Shown one piece after another: positions 17,950-28,945 of a stretch of DNA of 64,000 nt. Source of the DNA: Candidatus Omnitrophota bacterium (GTDB taxonomy: Bacteria > Omnitrophota > Gorgyraeia > Gygaellales > Profunditerraquicolaceae); assembly GCA_041649115.1 (NCBI GenBank), contig JBAZNT010000001.1, positions 140,325 through 204,324 on the forward strand, read 5' to 3'. The translations under genes and the position numbers were made by a program. Position 1 is the stretch's first letter. The number at the start of each line of letters is the position of its first letter. A model generated the notes under the pieces. The model saw only the letters and a list, made by a program, of their open reading frames with translations. It was not told where the DNA came from and did not search any database.

Positions 17950-17979
17950 TTGCGCACCCACCTTATTTTTGTTATACTA
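17950..17979 (+). promoter_or_regulatory. Possible promoter of tRNA-Pro
   Basis: TTGCGC (17950-17955), 18-nt spacer, TATACT (17974-17979), about 15 nt before the tRNA 5' end. Confidence 0.4.
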
Positions 17980-17993
17980 ATTTGATACGCAAT

Positions 17994-18071
17994 CGGGGCG
18001 TGGCTCAGTTTGGCTAGAGCGCAGCGTTCGGGACGCTGAGGTCGGTGGTTCAAGTCCACTCGCCCCGACCA
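17994..18071 (+). tRNA. tRNA-Pro (anticodon CGG), 3' CCA encoded
   Basis: Acceptor stem CGGGGCG/CGCCCCG, D arm GCTC...GAGC, anticodon stem CAGCG/CGCTG with loop TTCGGGA, T arm GGTGG-TTCAAGT-CCACT, discriminator A, then CCA. Confidence 0.93.
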
Positions 18072-18139
18072 TTTCAGGTAAACACTTTCCAGATTAGCTC
18101 AGAGGACGTTTCTGCTTTGGGCCGGAAAACGTTTCTGTA

Positions 18140-18411
18140 ATGATGAAACAGGCGCATGTTTATTATAGCGGCAGGGTGCACGGCGTAGGTTTCCGCTTTA
18201 CCGCCAGAAACATCGCCGCTGAACTTGGCGTCAAGGGTTGGGTCAGGAATATTTCCGGCGGCAGGGTAGAGATTTTAGCAGAGGCAGAGGAGAGGACGTT
18301 AGAGGAATTCCTGCAGCGAATCAGCCGGGAATTTTCATATTACATCCAGGATAGCGATATTGAATGGCAGCCGGCCGGCGGTAATTTTAAGGATTTTACA
18401 GTTTCTTTCTG

Positions 18412-18412
<1 letters not shown>
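18140..18412 (+). CDS. acyP: Acylphosphatase
   Basis: 90 aa. Contains YSGRVHGVGFRFTARNIAAELGVKGWVRN, the V-x-G-x-V-Q-G-V-x-F-R-type signature. Confidence 0.88.
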
Positions 18413-21134
<2,722 letters not shown>

Positions 21135-21160
21135 GCGGCAGGCAAGGAAGGAGAATTTGT

Positions 21161-21661
21161 ATGCAGGGATTAATGCGGAAATCGCTGGTTGTTTGTTTGA
21201 TAGGCGTAATCGTCGGCTGGCTTTACGGATGCGAGGCAGTTGCGCGTAAATTTACCAGAAAATCCAAAAAAGAAGCTCCTCAGGAAGAGATGGTGCTGGC
21301 TCCCGAGGAATACCAGGGCCTCAAGATGAGCAAGGAGGAGCTCTACCGGCAGTATTTTCTTTACTGGAAGTCCTGGCACGATGAGTTAATCCAGTCATTG
21401 ACAGACGGTAAGAACCGCAAGAAGCAGATTGACTGCATCGAGGAAGAACTTAAGAACCTCTATCAGTTAAGGTCGATGCTTAATTCAGATATGCAGGGGC
21501 GGCTCGACACGTATATCAACAAGGTTCAGGATTTAAAGGGTTCGCTTGCGCGCGATATCTACGGCAGCGACCTGGCGGACAACCGCCAGCGCGCCGAACG
21601 CATCCGTATGGATATTTTTAGGGATTTCCCCTACCCCAAGATAAAGGATAGCATGCGATGA
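21161..21661 (+). CDS. Hypothetical lipoprotein
   Basis: Signal peptide with a lipobox-like WLYGC; the rest is charged and helical. No family recognised. Confidence 0.5.
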   Translation: MQGLMRKSLVVCLIGVIVGWLYGCEAVARKFTRKSKKEAPQEEMVLAPEEYQGLKMSKEELYRQYFLYWKSWHDELIQSLTDGKNRKKQIDCIEEELKNLYQLRSMLNSDMQGRLDTYINKVQDLKGSLARDIYGSDLADNRQRAERIRMDIFRDFPYPKIKDSMR

Positions 21662-22281
21662 TACTGGAGACGGTTACCGTCGGACCATACCAGGCCAACT
21701 GTTATGTCCTTTCAGCGCGCGCCGGAGGCGAGGCGGCCATCATTGACCCGGGCGGCGATGAAGATAAGATACGCCGGGCGCTTTTCAGGCACAAGTTAAA
21801 AGCCCAAGCAGTCATTAACACCCACGGTCATTTTGACCATATCGGATGCGATGACGCCTTTGGCGTTGTGATTTACGTCCATCAACTGGATGAGCCACTT
21901 CTTAAGGACGCCAGGCTTAACCTTTCCTATTTTTTTTCCAAGCCTTATACCGTAGGCAAGGCAGCAGTAAAGACCGTCAGAGACGGCGATTGCATAGAGA
22001 TAGGCGGCATGCGGATGGAGGTAATCGCTACCCCCGGACACAGCCCCGGGGGAATCTGCCTGTTGCTGAAGAAGCCCGTTGACAACATGCTTTTTAGCGG
22101 AGATACCCTGTTTTTCGGGGGGGTAGGCAGGACCGATTTCCTGGGCGCAAAAGAGGAGGACCTTATAAGGTCCATCAGGGAAAAGCTCCTGGGATTAAGA
22201 GACGATACCCTGGTTTATCCGGGGCATGGCCCTTCTTCCACCATAGGAAAAGAGAAAACCGGCAATCCTTTTTTAAGCTGA
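21658..22281 (+). CDS. MBL-fold metallo-hydrolase (glyoxalase II-like)
   Basis: Contains NTHGHFDHIG...TPGHSPG...GDTLF...GRTD...PGHG. Confidence 0.85.
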   Translation: MILETVTVGPYQANCYVLSARAGGEAAIIDPGGDEDKIRRALFRHKLKAQAVINTHGHFDHIGCDDAFGVVIYVHQLDEPLLKDARLNLSYFFSKPYTVGKAAVKTVRDGDCIEIGGMRMEVIATPGHSPGGICLLLKKPVDNMLFSGDTLFFGGVGRTDFLGAKEEDLIRSIREKLLGLRDDTLVYPGHGPSSTIGKEKTGNPFLS

Positions 22282-22282
22282 T

Positions 22283-23170
22283 ATGCGCGAGCTTATCGAG
22301 ACCTTTCTTAATTATTTATCGGTAGAGCGGGGGTTGTCCCGCAATACCATTATTTCTTACCAGGAAGATTTGAATTATTACATGGACTACCTGGAATCCG
22401 CAGGTATCAACAGCCTCTCGCGTACCACCAGGGACGACATCTCAAATTTTATGTTTCTTCAGAAGGATAAAGGGCTATCGGCCAATTCCGTTGCGCGCAG
22501 GCTCGCGGCGATCAAGTCCTTTTACCGTTTCCTGGTGAAGGAAAGGATATTGAAATCCGACCCCAGCAGCCTTATTGATTCCCCGAAGCTTTGGAAGAAG
22601 ATACCCGATGCCTTATCCGTCAATGAAATTACGAGGCTCCTGGATCAGCCCAATATTCGCGAGCTGCAGGGGATAAGGGACAGGGCAGTCCTGGAGGCGC
22701 TCTACGCTACCGGCATGCGCGTATCCGAGGCAGCTAATCTCAAAAAGGACAATCTGAATCTCCAGGTAGGATTCCTGCGTTGCATCGGCAAGGGCAATAA
22801 GGAGCGCGTCATCCCCCTGGGGAAAAAGGCAATTCAGAGCCTCCAGAGATACCTGGCAATAGGGAGGCCTAAATTATTGAAAGGCAGGGAAAGCGAATAT
22901 CTTTTTTTAAGCCGTTTAGGCAAGAGGATTTCCAGGCAGTCCCTCTGGAAGATTATCAGGAGATACGCCCGTCAGGCAGGGATTAAAAAACCCATCCGGC
23001 CGCATATCCTGCGTCATTCGTTTGCCACGCACCTGTTGGAACGGGGGGCAGACCTGCGTTCGGTTCAGGAGATGCTGGGGCACAGCAATATTTCTACTAC
23101 CCAGATATATACGCATATTAATAAGGACAGGCTTAAGACTATTCATCGGATGTTCCATCCCCGTCCTTAG
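22283..23170 (+). CDS. xerD: Site-specific tyrosine recombinase XerD/XerC
   Basis: N-terminal SAM-like domain FLNYLSVERGLSRNTIISYQEDL. Catalytic residues lie in ATGMRVSEA...RHSFATHLL...LGHSNISTTQIYTH. Confidence 0.85.
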   Translation: MRELIETFLNYLSVERGLSRNTIISYQEDLNYYMDYLESAGINSLSRTTRDDISNFMFLQKDKGLSANSVARRLAAIKSFYRFLVKERILKSDPSSLIDSPKLWKKIPDALSVNEITRLLDQPNIRELQGIRDRAVLEALYATGMRVSEAANLKKDNLNLQVGFLRCIGKGNKERVIPLGKKAIQSLQRYLAIGRPKLLKGRESEYLFLSRLGKRISRQSLWKIIRRYARQAGIKKPIRPHILRHSFATHLLERGADLRSVQEMLGHSNISTTQIYTHINKDRLKTIHRMFHPRP

Positions 23171-23177
23171 CGGCGAT

Positions 23178-23213
23178 AGAGGCGCTTTCCGGACCAATCG
23201 GGAAAGCGCCTCT
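23178..23213 (+). terminator. Perfect 13-bp stem-loop after xerD (terminator-like, no U tract)
   Basis: AGAGGCGCTTTCC (23178-23190), 10-nt loop, GGAAAGCGCCTCT (23201-23213). It starts 8 nt after the xerD stop. Confidence 0.45.
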
Positions 23214-23251
23214 GCAATGCGTTTAGGCGCAAGGGTTATCCGAGATAAACG

Positions 23252-24535
23252 ATGGAGAGCCAGATGGATAAATATCTTAGGAAGATGCCGCAAGAGTTGC
23301 GGGGGCTTATTGCGCTCGCCAGAGAGACTGCCGAAGAGGAGGGGGTATCGGCGTATCTGGTAGGGGGGTTTGTGCGCGATCTGATTATGGGTTTCAGGAA
23401 CCTTGATTCCGATATCGCGATAGAAGGGGACGGCATAAAATTTTCCGAGGCGTTGGCTGCCAAGACATCAGCCAGGCTGGTAAGGCACCACAGGTTTGCT
23501 ACCGCGACAGTCGTCTTCGGCCCGCATCTTAAATTTGATGTCTCTACCGCGCGCAGGGAGTCCTATCCTTTCCCGGCGGCCCTGCCGGTCATAGAAGCCG
23601 GAGCCATAGGCGAGGATCTGGGGCGGCGCGATTTTACCATCAACGCTATGGCCGTCAGCATCAATAGGCGGACCTTCGGGGAGCTGATGGATATCTACGG
23701 CGGCAGGCGTGATATTGCCGCTAGGAATATTCGCGTCTTGCACGATTTAAGTTTTATCGATGACCCCACCCGCATGCTTCGGGCAGTGCGTTTTAGCAGG
23801 CGTTACAATTTCAGGATTGAACCGCGCACCATGCGCCTGTTTAAAGAGGCGGCGCGCCTCAGGATGCTGGAGAGGGTACACCCCCACCGTGTGCGCGATG
23901 AATTGGTATTAATCTTGAAGGAAGACGAGCCCCTTAAGCCCCTGAAGGCCATTCAGGAACTGACGGGCCTCGGGTTCATAGATAAAAAATTGAAGTTTTC
24001 AAAATCCACCGAGAGCCTTATGTGGGCGCTCAAGAGGCAGATCCGTTGGTTCAGGAATGCTCATCCGCGGCGTCGGCACCTGGATACGTGGGTGATTTAT
24101 TTTTCCGCATTGCTTGAATCCCTGGGCGCGGCGGGCGCAAGGAGGGTGGCGAGGAAATTCGCCCTTTCAAAAGGAGAGGCCAAAAGGATACTTACCGCCA
24201 ATGATTTCAAGCCGGATTTCTTGCGCAGATTATCCTCTGCCGATACCAAGCCGAGCCGTATATACCGCATGCTTGAGCCTTTGAGTTACGAGGCTATCAT
24301 AATGCTAAGGGCCAAATACCCCAAGAGGGGCCTTTTAAAACATATCGATAATTTCTTCGCTGTTTATAACGGGATGCGCATTTCCGTCTCGGGGCATGAC
24401 CTGCGCAAGCTTGGGGTTGCCCCGGGGCCGCGTTACCAGAAGATATTCCGCAGGATCCTGGATGCCCGCTTAAACGGCACTGTCAGGACGAAAGAAGAGG
24501 AGAATGCCTTAGCAAAGAGGTTAGCGGGGCATTAG
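23252..24535 (+). CDS. cca: tRNA nucleotidyltransferase / poly(A) polymerase family protein (CCA-adding enzyme-like)
   Basis: Head-domain motif YLVGGFVRDLIMG...DSDIAIEGD, then RRDFTINAM...DDPTRMLRAVRF. Confidence 0.82.
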   Translation: MESQMDKYLRKMPQELRGLIALARETAEEEGVSAYLVGGFVRDLIMGFRNLDSDIAIEGDGIKFSEALAAKTSARLVRHHRFATATVVFGPHLKFDVSTARRESYPFPAALPVIEAGAIGEDLGRRDFTINAMAVSINRRTFGELMDIYGGRRDIAARNIRVLHDLSFIDDPTRMLRAVRFSRRYNFRIEPRTMRLFKEAARLRMLERVHPHRVRDELVLILKEDEPLKPLKAIQELTGLGFIDKKLKFSKSTESLMWALKRQIRWFRNAHPRRRHLDTWVIYFSALLESLGAAGARRVARKFALSKGEAKRILTANDFKPDFLRRLSSADTKPSRIYRMLEPLSYEAIIMLRAKYPKRGLLKHIDNFFAVYNGMRISVSGHDLRKLGVAPGPRYQKIFRRILDARLNGTVRTKEEENALAKRLAGH

Positions 24536-24541
24536 CTCGGG

Positions 24542-24823
24542 GTGACTATCGGAATCTTGAGATTACCATTGTTTATCTCGGATAGCAATTCCCTTAAAGA
24601 CAGGAGAATGGCCCTTAAGAGCCTCAAGGCTAAGTTGCGCAATTGCTTTAATGTTTCCGTTTGCGAGGTGGACGATGAGGGTAAATGGCGCAAGGCGACC
24701 CTGGCAGCGGTAGGGGTAAACAGGAGCCCCGCGTCCGTAAACAGCGCCCTTGCGGAGGTAGTTAGTTTTGTGGAAGTATTTCAGAGAGCGCAATTACTGG
24801 GCTACGAAATGGAGATGGTTTGA
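24542..24823 (+). CDS. DUF503 (YlxP-like) protein
   Basis: 93 aa. The pattern SDSNSLKDRRMALKSLKAKLRNCFNVSVCEVD, located just upstream of rbfA, is typical of DUF503. Confidence 0.7.
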   Translation: MTIGILRLPLFISDSNSLKDRRMALKSLKAKLRNCFNVSVCEVDDEGKWRKATLAAVGVNRSPASVNSALAEVVSFVEVFQRAQLLGYEMEMV

Positions 24824-24826
24824 GAT

Positions 24827-25207
24827 ATGGCAAGAGCAGAGAAGGTAGCGCAGAACCTAAAGAAAGAAATAAGCAGTATCCTGCACGATGAACTTAACGA
24901 TCCCAGGCTAGGATTCATTACCATCACTCGCGTAGAATTGACGGCAGACCTGCAGTATGCCAGAGTTTTCTACAGCGTCCTGGGGGGCGAGGAGGAGCGC
25001 CTTCGCACCAGGCAGGCCCTGGATTCCGCCCTGGGGTTTATCCGCAGGTTGATCGGGCAGCGTATCAGGCTGAGGTTTACGCCCGAGCTGGTTTTTAAGG
25101 AGGACCATTCCAGCGAGTATAGCATCAAGATCGAAGAGGTGCTTGACCAGATAAGGGGGTTAGATGAGTCTAAAAAAATTAATCGCCGCCATAAAAAAAC
25201 AAAATAA
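24827..25207 (+). CDS. rbfA: Ribosome-binding factor A
   Basis: Contains DPRLGFITITRVELTADLQYARVFYSV...LRFTPELVF. Confidence 0.92.
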   Translation: MARAEKVAQNLKKEISSILHDELNDPRLGFITITRVELTADLQYARVFYSVLGGEEERLRTRQALDSALGFIRRLIGQRIRLRFTPELVFKEDHSSEYSIKIEEVLDQIRGLDESKKINRRHKKTK

Positions 25208-26132
25208 CTTTTTGGTTACCGCCCATACCAACCTGGAAGGCGATGCTATCGGCTCAGAGGTGGCATTTTGCATGCTTTTGAAATATCTCGGTAAGAACGC
25301 CACCGTCATCAATAGCGACCGCGTGCCGGCGGCCTACCGTTTTCTGCCTCTCTTGGAAAATATCAGGATATTGCGCAGGGGGCGTTTCGTGCCGTTTGAC
25401 TGCTTGGTCCTCCTGGATTGTTCGGATCTCCATCGGGCAGGAGTGGTGGGCGGCTTGAATCTTGAAGGCAAATCCGTTATCAACATCGACCACCATACGA
25501 GCAATTCTTATTTCGGAGACATCAATTGGGTATTGCCTCACGCCTCCTCGGCATCCGAAATGGTTTATACCTTATACCGGAAATTAGGCGTCCCTTTCAG
25601 CCGCGATATCGCAACCCTTCTTTACGCCGGCATGGTCAGCGATACCGGCTCGTTTCGTTATTCCAATACCGCTTCCTCTACCCATAGGGCTGCGGCAGAA
25701 CTTATGGAGTACGGCCTGGACGTTAAGAATATCTACCGTCGCATATACGAGGACATAAATTTCAATGATATGCGGCTTTTAAATAAAATAGCGCTTTCTA
25801 TAAAACGGGACCGCTCCGGCAAGATTGTTTGGTGTATCATACCGCGGAGGCTGATAAGGAGGAATTCGTCCCTGGATTTAAGCGAACAGGTTTTAAGTTT
25901 CTGCCGCGCCGTCAAAGGGGCGGAGGTGGCAGTATTATTTAAAGAGAATCTCGGCATCAAAAATGAGGTCCGCGTGAATCTGCGTTCACAGGGCAAGGTT
26001 GACGTCAATGCTATTGCCGCTTTTTTTGGAGGGGGAGGACACAGGACCGCCAGCGGATGCACCATGAGGGGGAGCACCGATTCCGTAAAGAATAAGGTCT
26101 TGAGGAGGCTCGGTAAGGCGCTGGCCAGATGA
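25164..26132 (+). CDS. nrnA: DHH-family phosphoesterase NrnA (oligoribonuclease / pAp phosphatase)
   Basis: Contains HTNLEGDAIGS, NIDHHTSN, and DHHA1 GGGGHRTASG. Its start overlaps the rbfA 3' end by 44 nt in another frame. Confidence 0.85.
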   Translation: MSLKKLIAAIKKQNNFLVTAHTNLEGDAIGSEVAFCMLLKYLGKNATVINSDRVPAAYRFLPLLENIRILRRGRFVPFDCLVLLDCSDLHRAGVVGGLNLEGKSVINIDHHTSNSYFGDINWVLPHASSASEMVYTLYRKLGVPFSRDIATLLYAGMVSDTGSFRYSNTASSTHRAAAELMEYGLDVKNIYRRIYEDINFNDMRLLNKIALSIKRDRSGKIVWCIIPRRLIRRNSSLDLSEQVLSFCRAVKGAEVAVLFKENLGIKNEVRVNLRSQGKVDVNAIAAFFGGGGHRTASGCTMRGSTDSVKNKVLRRLGKALAR

Positions 26133-27073
26133 AGATTGTTTACGGTATCGGCAATATCGGTAATTACCGCAGGCCGGTAGTGGCATTGGGGGTTTTTGAC
26201 GGGATGCACCGCGGCCACCGTCGCATCCTTAAGGAGGCGGCAGCCAAGGCGCGGCGGATAAAAGGCAGAAGCGTGGTTTTGACATTCTGGCCGCACCCCC
26301 AGAAAGAAGCCAGCCTCTATTCGCTGAAGCACCGTTTAAAATTTATTCGAGATCTCGGTATCGATGTGTGCGTGGTAATGCATTTTAATGCCGCCTTCTC
26401 GCGCATCAGACCGGAGGTTTTTGTAAGAAAGGTATTAAAGGAGAAGCTCGGCGCAGCCTATGTATATGTAGGCAGGAACTTCAAATTCGGACATCGAGGC
26501 ACTGGCAATCTGCGTCTTCTTGAGAGGATGAGCCCCGAATCCCGCTTTATGGTAAGGCCATTTGATATTATGCGCGTTAACGGCGTGCCTATCAGCAGCA
26601 GCCGTATCCGCAGGCTTATTACGCGAGGCAGTCTCCTGGATGCAGAGCGCCTTTTATCAGAGCCTGTGACGGTGCTGGGAACGGTGGTAAAAGGCGATTC
26701 ATTCGCCGCCACAAAATTGGGGTTTGCGACCGCCAATATTAATCCGCACCACGAGATCCTTCCGCCTGCCGGCATATACGCCGTGCGCGTTATTATCGGC
26801 AGGAAGATTTTTCAGGGGGCATGCTATATCGGCACAAGGCCGACTCTCGGCAAAAAAGTGCAGAAGGGCAGGGACAGAAACATCGAGGTGCACATCCTTG
26901 ATTTTAATAGGAATATCTACGGGCGCGAAATAGAGGTGCAGTTTTTAAGAAGGCTCAGAAGCGAAAAAACATTTTCTACCCCGCGTGATTTAGCGCGGCA
27001 GATTGAAATTGACATCCTGCAGGCAAGGGCTGTTTTTTCTTCCCACCAAACCACCACAACATCTAGAAATTAG
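26129..27073 (+). CDS. ribF: Bifunctional riboflavin kinase / FAD synthetase
   Basis: FAD synthetase motif LGVFDGMHRGHRRI and a riboflavin kinase domain (GFATANI...GIYAV...EVHILDF). Confidence 0.93.
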   Translation: MKIVYGIGNIGNYRRPVVALGVFDGMHRGHRRILKEAAAKARRIKGRSVVLTFWPHPQKEASLYSLKHRLKFIRDLGIDVCVVMHFNAAFSRIRPEVFVRKVLKEKLGAAYVYVGRNFKFGHRGTGNLRLLERMSPESRFMVRPFDIMRVNGVPISSSRIRRLITRGSLLDAERLLSEPVTVLGTVVKGDSFAATKLGFATANINPHHEILPPAGIYAVRVIIGRKIFQGACYIGTRPTLGKKVQKGRDRNIEVHILDFNRNIYGREIEVQFLRRLRSEKTFSTPRDLARQIEIDILQARAVFSSHQTTTTSRN

Positions 27074-27126
27074 CCTCCCTTTAGACACTATCCATTGTAT
27101 CTAAGTAAGTTAGGAAAAATTTTATC

Positions 27127-27155
27127 TTGACAAAATCTTTGATTTTATCTATACT
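27127..27155 (+). promoter_or_regulatory. dcw cluster promoter (Pmra-like)
   Basis: TTGACA (27127-27132), 17-nt spacer, TATACT (27150-27155). Confidence 0.6.
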
Positions 27156-27162
27156 TGATTAC

Positions 27163-27190
27163 AAAGTGGATATAAGTGGAGTAAAGTGGA
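27163..27190 (+). promoter_or_regulatory. Putative MraZ operator: three 10-bp-phased AAGTGGA boxes
   Basis: GTGGA occurs at 27166-27170, 27176-27180 and 27186-27190, between the -10 box and the mraZ ATG (27203). This matches the known arrangement of three direct GTGG-type repeats bound by MraZ. Confidence 0.7.
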
Positions 27191-27202
27191 AAGGATAGTT
27201 TC

Positions 27203-27640
27203 ATGTTTTACGGCGAATACATTCACTCTATAGACCGTAAGGGCCGTCTGATATTGCCTTCCAGGTTCAGGGAGGTAAGTAAGGCCCATTTTATAGATAA
27301 ATTCTTTGTAACCCGCGGTCTGGACAATTGCCTCTTTATGTTTTCCGAAGAGGAATGGCACGCCCAAGAGAATAAATTCAAGGCGATGTCTTTTACGAAG
27401 CAAGAATCGCGCACCTTTAACCGTCTTTATTTTTCGGGGGCGGTTGACATAGCCGCTGACAGGCAGGGCAGGATTCTCCTGCCGCAATACCTTAAGGATT
27501 ACGCCGGGATTAAACGCGAGGTGGTGTTAGTCGGCGTATCGAACAGAATTGAGATCTGGGCCAGGGAAAACTGGAATAAATTCTACGGCAACTGCCGGCA
27601 GTCGTTTGAGGAGATTGCCGAGAAGCTCATGGACATATAA
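27203..27640 (+). CDS. mraZ: Transcriptional regulator MraZ
   Basis: Contains GEYIHSIDRKGRLILPSRFRE and a second SpoVT/AbrB-like half, DRQGRILLPQYLKDYAGI. Confidence 0.93.
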   Translation: MFYGEYIHSIDRKGRLILPSRFREVSKAHFIDKFFVTRGLDNCLFMFSEEEWHAQENKFKAMSFTKQESRTFNRLYFSGAVDIAADRQGRILLPQYLKDYAGIKREVVLVGVSNRIEIWARENWNKFYGNCRQSFEEIAEKLMDI

Positions 27641-27644
27641 GGAT

Positions 27645-28565
27645 ATGCTGGAAGTCTTGGCAGAAGACGTCATGCTTAACAAATATCATATGCCGGTAAT
27701 GCTGGGTGAGATCATGCGCTATCTGGATCCGCGGCCGGGGGAGACCATCGTTGACGCTACCGTAGGAACAGCGGGCCATAGTCTTGAGATTGCCAGGCAG
27801 ATTGTCCCTTCAGGCAGGTTGATTGCCATTGACCGCGACCGGCAATCTCTCTCCGTAGCCAGCGAGAGACTTTCTTCATCCGGGATAAATTGCGAATTCG
27901 TACACGCTAATTTTATGGAGTTGGATGCCGTATTGTCGGGTTTAGGCGTCTCCAGGATTGACGGCATAGTTTTCGACCTGGGGATTTCCTCTTTTCAGCT
28001 TGAGGATGCCCAGAGGGGCTTTAGTTTTCAGAGCCGGGGTCCGCTGGATATGCGCCTTGATACCGACAGCTACATCTCTGCCTATGACCTGGTGAATAAC
28101 CTTAACGAAGAAGAGATATCCGCGATACTTTGGAATTTCGGGCAGGAACGTTGGCATAACCGCATCGCCCATCTCTTGGTGAAGGAGAGGCAGAGGCATC
28201 CTATCAGCACTACTGCGGAATTATCGGATATCGTATTGCGGGCTATCCCGCACCGCTACCGCTCTTACCGGATACACCCGGCTACCCGCACATTTCAGGC
28301 CGTGCGCATTGCGGTTAACCGCGAGTTGGAGGCCTTGGGGACGGCAATAGAGAAGGCGATTGCGTTATTGGATAAAGGCGGCAGGATATGCGTTATTTCC
28401 TTCCATTCCCTGGAGGACCGTATCGTAAAGCTGAGTTTTCGTAAGGCAGCCCTGGAGGAAGCGCTCAGGATTATTACCCCTAAGCCGCTGCCTCCTTCGC
28501 GCGGGGAGGTAGAAGAGAATCCTTCCAGCCGCAGTGCAAAGCTAAGAGTGGGAGAAAGGCTATAA
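27645..28565 (+). CDS. rsmH: 16S rRNA (cytosine1402-N4)-methyltransferase
   Basis: Contains HMPVMLGEI, DATVGTAGHS, FDLGISSFQL, FHSLEDRIVK. I prefer the ATG at 27645 (5 nt after the mraZ stop) to the track start at 27549, which overlaps mraZ. Confidence 0.92.
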   Translation: MLEVLAEDVMLNKYHMPVMLGEIMRYLDPRPGETIVDATVGTAGHSLEIARQIVPSGRLIAIDRDRQSLSVASERLSSSGINCEFVHANFMELDAVLSGLGVSRIDGIVFDLGISSFQLEDAQRGFSFQSRGPLDMRLDTDSYISAYDLVNNLNEEEISAILWNFGQERWHNRIAHLLVKERQRHPISTTAELSDIVLRAIPHRYRSYRIHPATRTFQAVRIAVNRELEALGTAIEKAIALLDKGGRICVISFHSLEDRIVKLSFRKAALEEALRIITPKPLPPSRGEVEENPSSRSAKLRVGERL

Positions 28566-28567
28566 CC

Positions 28568-28933
28568 ATGAGGTTTTCCAGGTTCTTATCTCTTATCTTG
28601 ATGGTTACCTTTTTGTCCGTCATCTATGTCTATCAGCAAACAGAGATATTCCGTTTCGGCTACCTCGGCCAGAAGAAACTGAGCGAGTTCCATGAATTGC
28701 AGGATAAGAATGCCACGTTAAGGTACAGCATCGAGAGGGGTGCTTCTTTGATCCGGGTAGGAGACCAGATTTCCGGCAGCGTGGATTTTCAGATGCCGGA
28801 CAGCTACCGTTTGGTAAAGCTCAGCGCTGACCAGGCGGCAGCCGCGGGAAGTATTTTTTACCGCGGGGACACCTTCCTCTCCCGCATCCTTGGCGTTAAA
28901 AGAGAGGCTCAGGCAAAAACCGTCAACCCCTAA
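28568..28933 (+). CDS. ftsL: Cell division protein FtsL-like
   Basis: 121 aa with a single N-terminal TM then a coiled-coil-like segment. It sits in the conserved position between rsmH and ftsI. Confidence 0.65.
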   Translation: MRFSRFLSLILMVTFLSVIYVYQQTEIFRFGYLGQKKLSEFHELQDKNATLRYSIERGASLIRVGDQISGSVDFQMPDSYRLVKLSADQAAAAGSIFYRGDTFLSRILGVKREAQAKTVNP

Positions 28934-28945
28934 AAGCCTATAGTT

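Noticed and set aside
22283-23170. Tyrosine recombinase considered as a marker of an integrated mobile element.
   Set aside because: Its sequence and length match chromosomal XerD/XerC. The neighbours are housekeeping genes, and there is no adjacent tRNA target, direct repeats, or phage or transposon genes.
25164-25207. 44-nt out-of-frame overlap between rbfA and nrnA, considered as a possible frameshift or mis-assembly. The absence of truB between rbfA and ribF was considered with it.
   Set aside because: Both proteins look full length with normal termini, since the NrnA N-terminus runs straight into the DGDAIGS motif. The overlap is probably real or reflects a slightly later start. truB may simply be encoded elsewhere.
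27549-27644. N-terminal 32-codon extension of rsmH in the ORF track, overlapping mraZ.
   Set aside because: The extension is Arg/Ser/Thr-rich with no similarity to RsmH N-termini. An ATG at 27645 sits 5 nt after the mraZ stop and gives a conventional N-terminus ahead of the conserved HMPVML motif.
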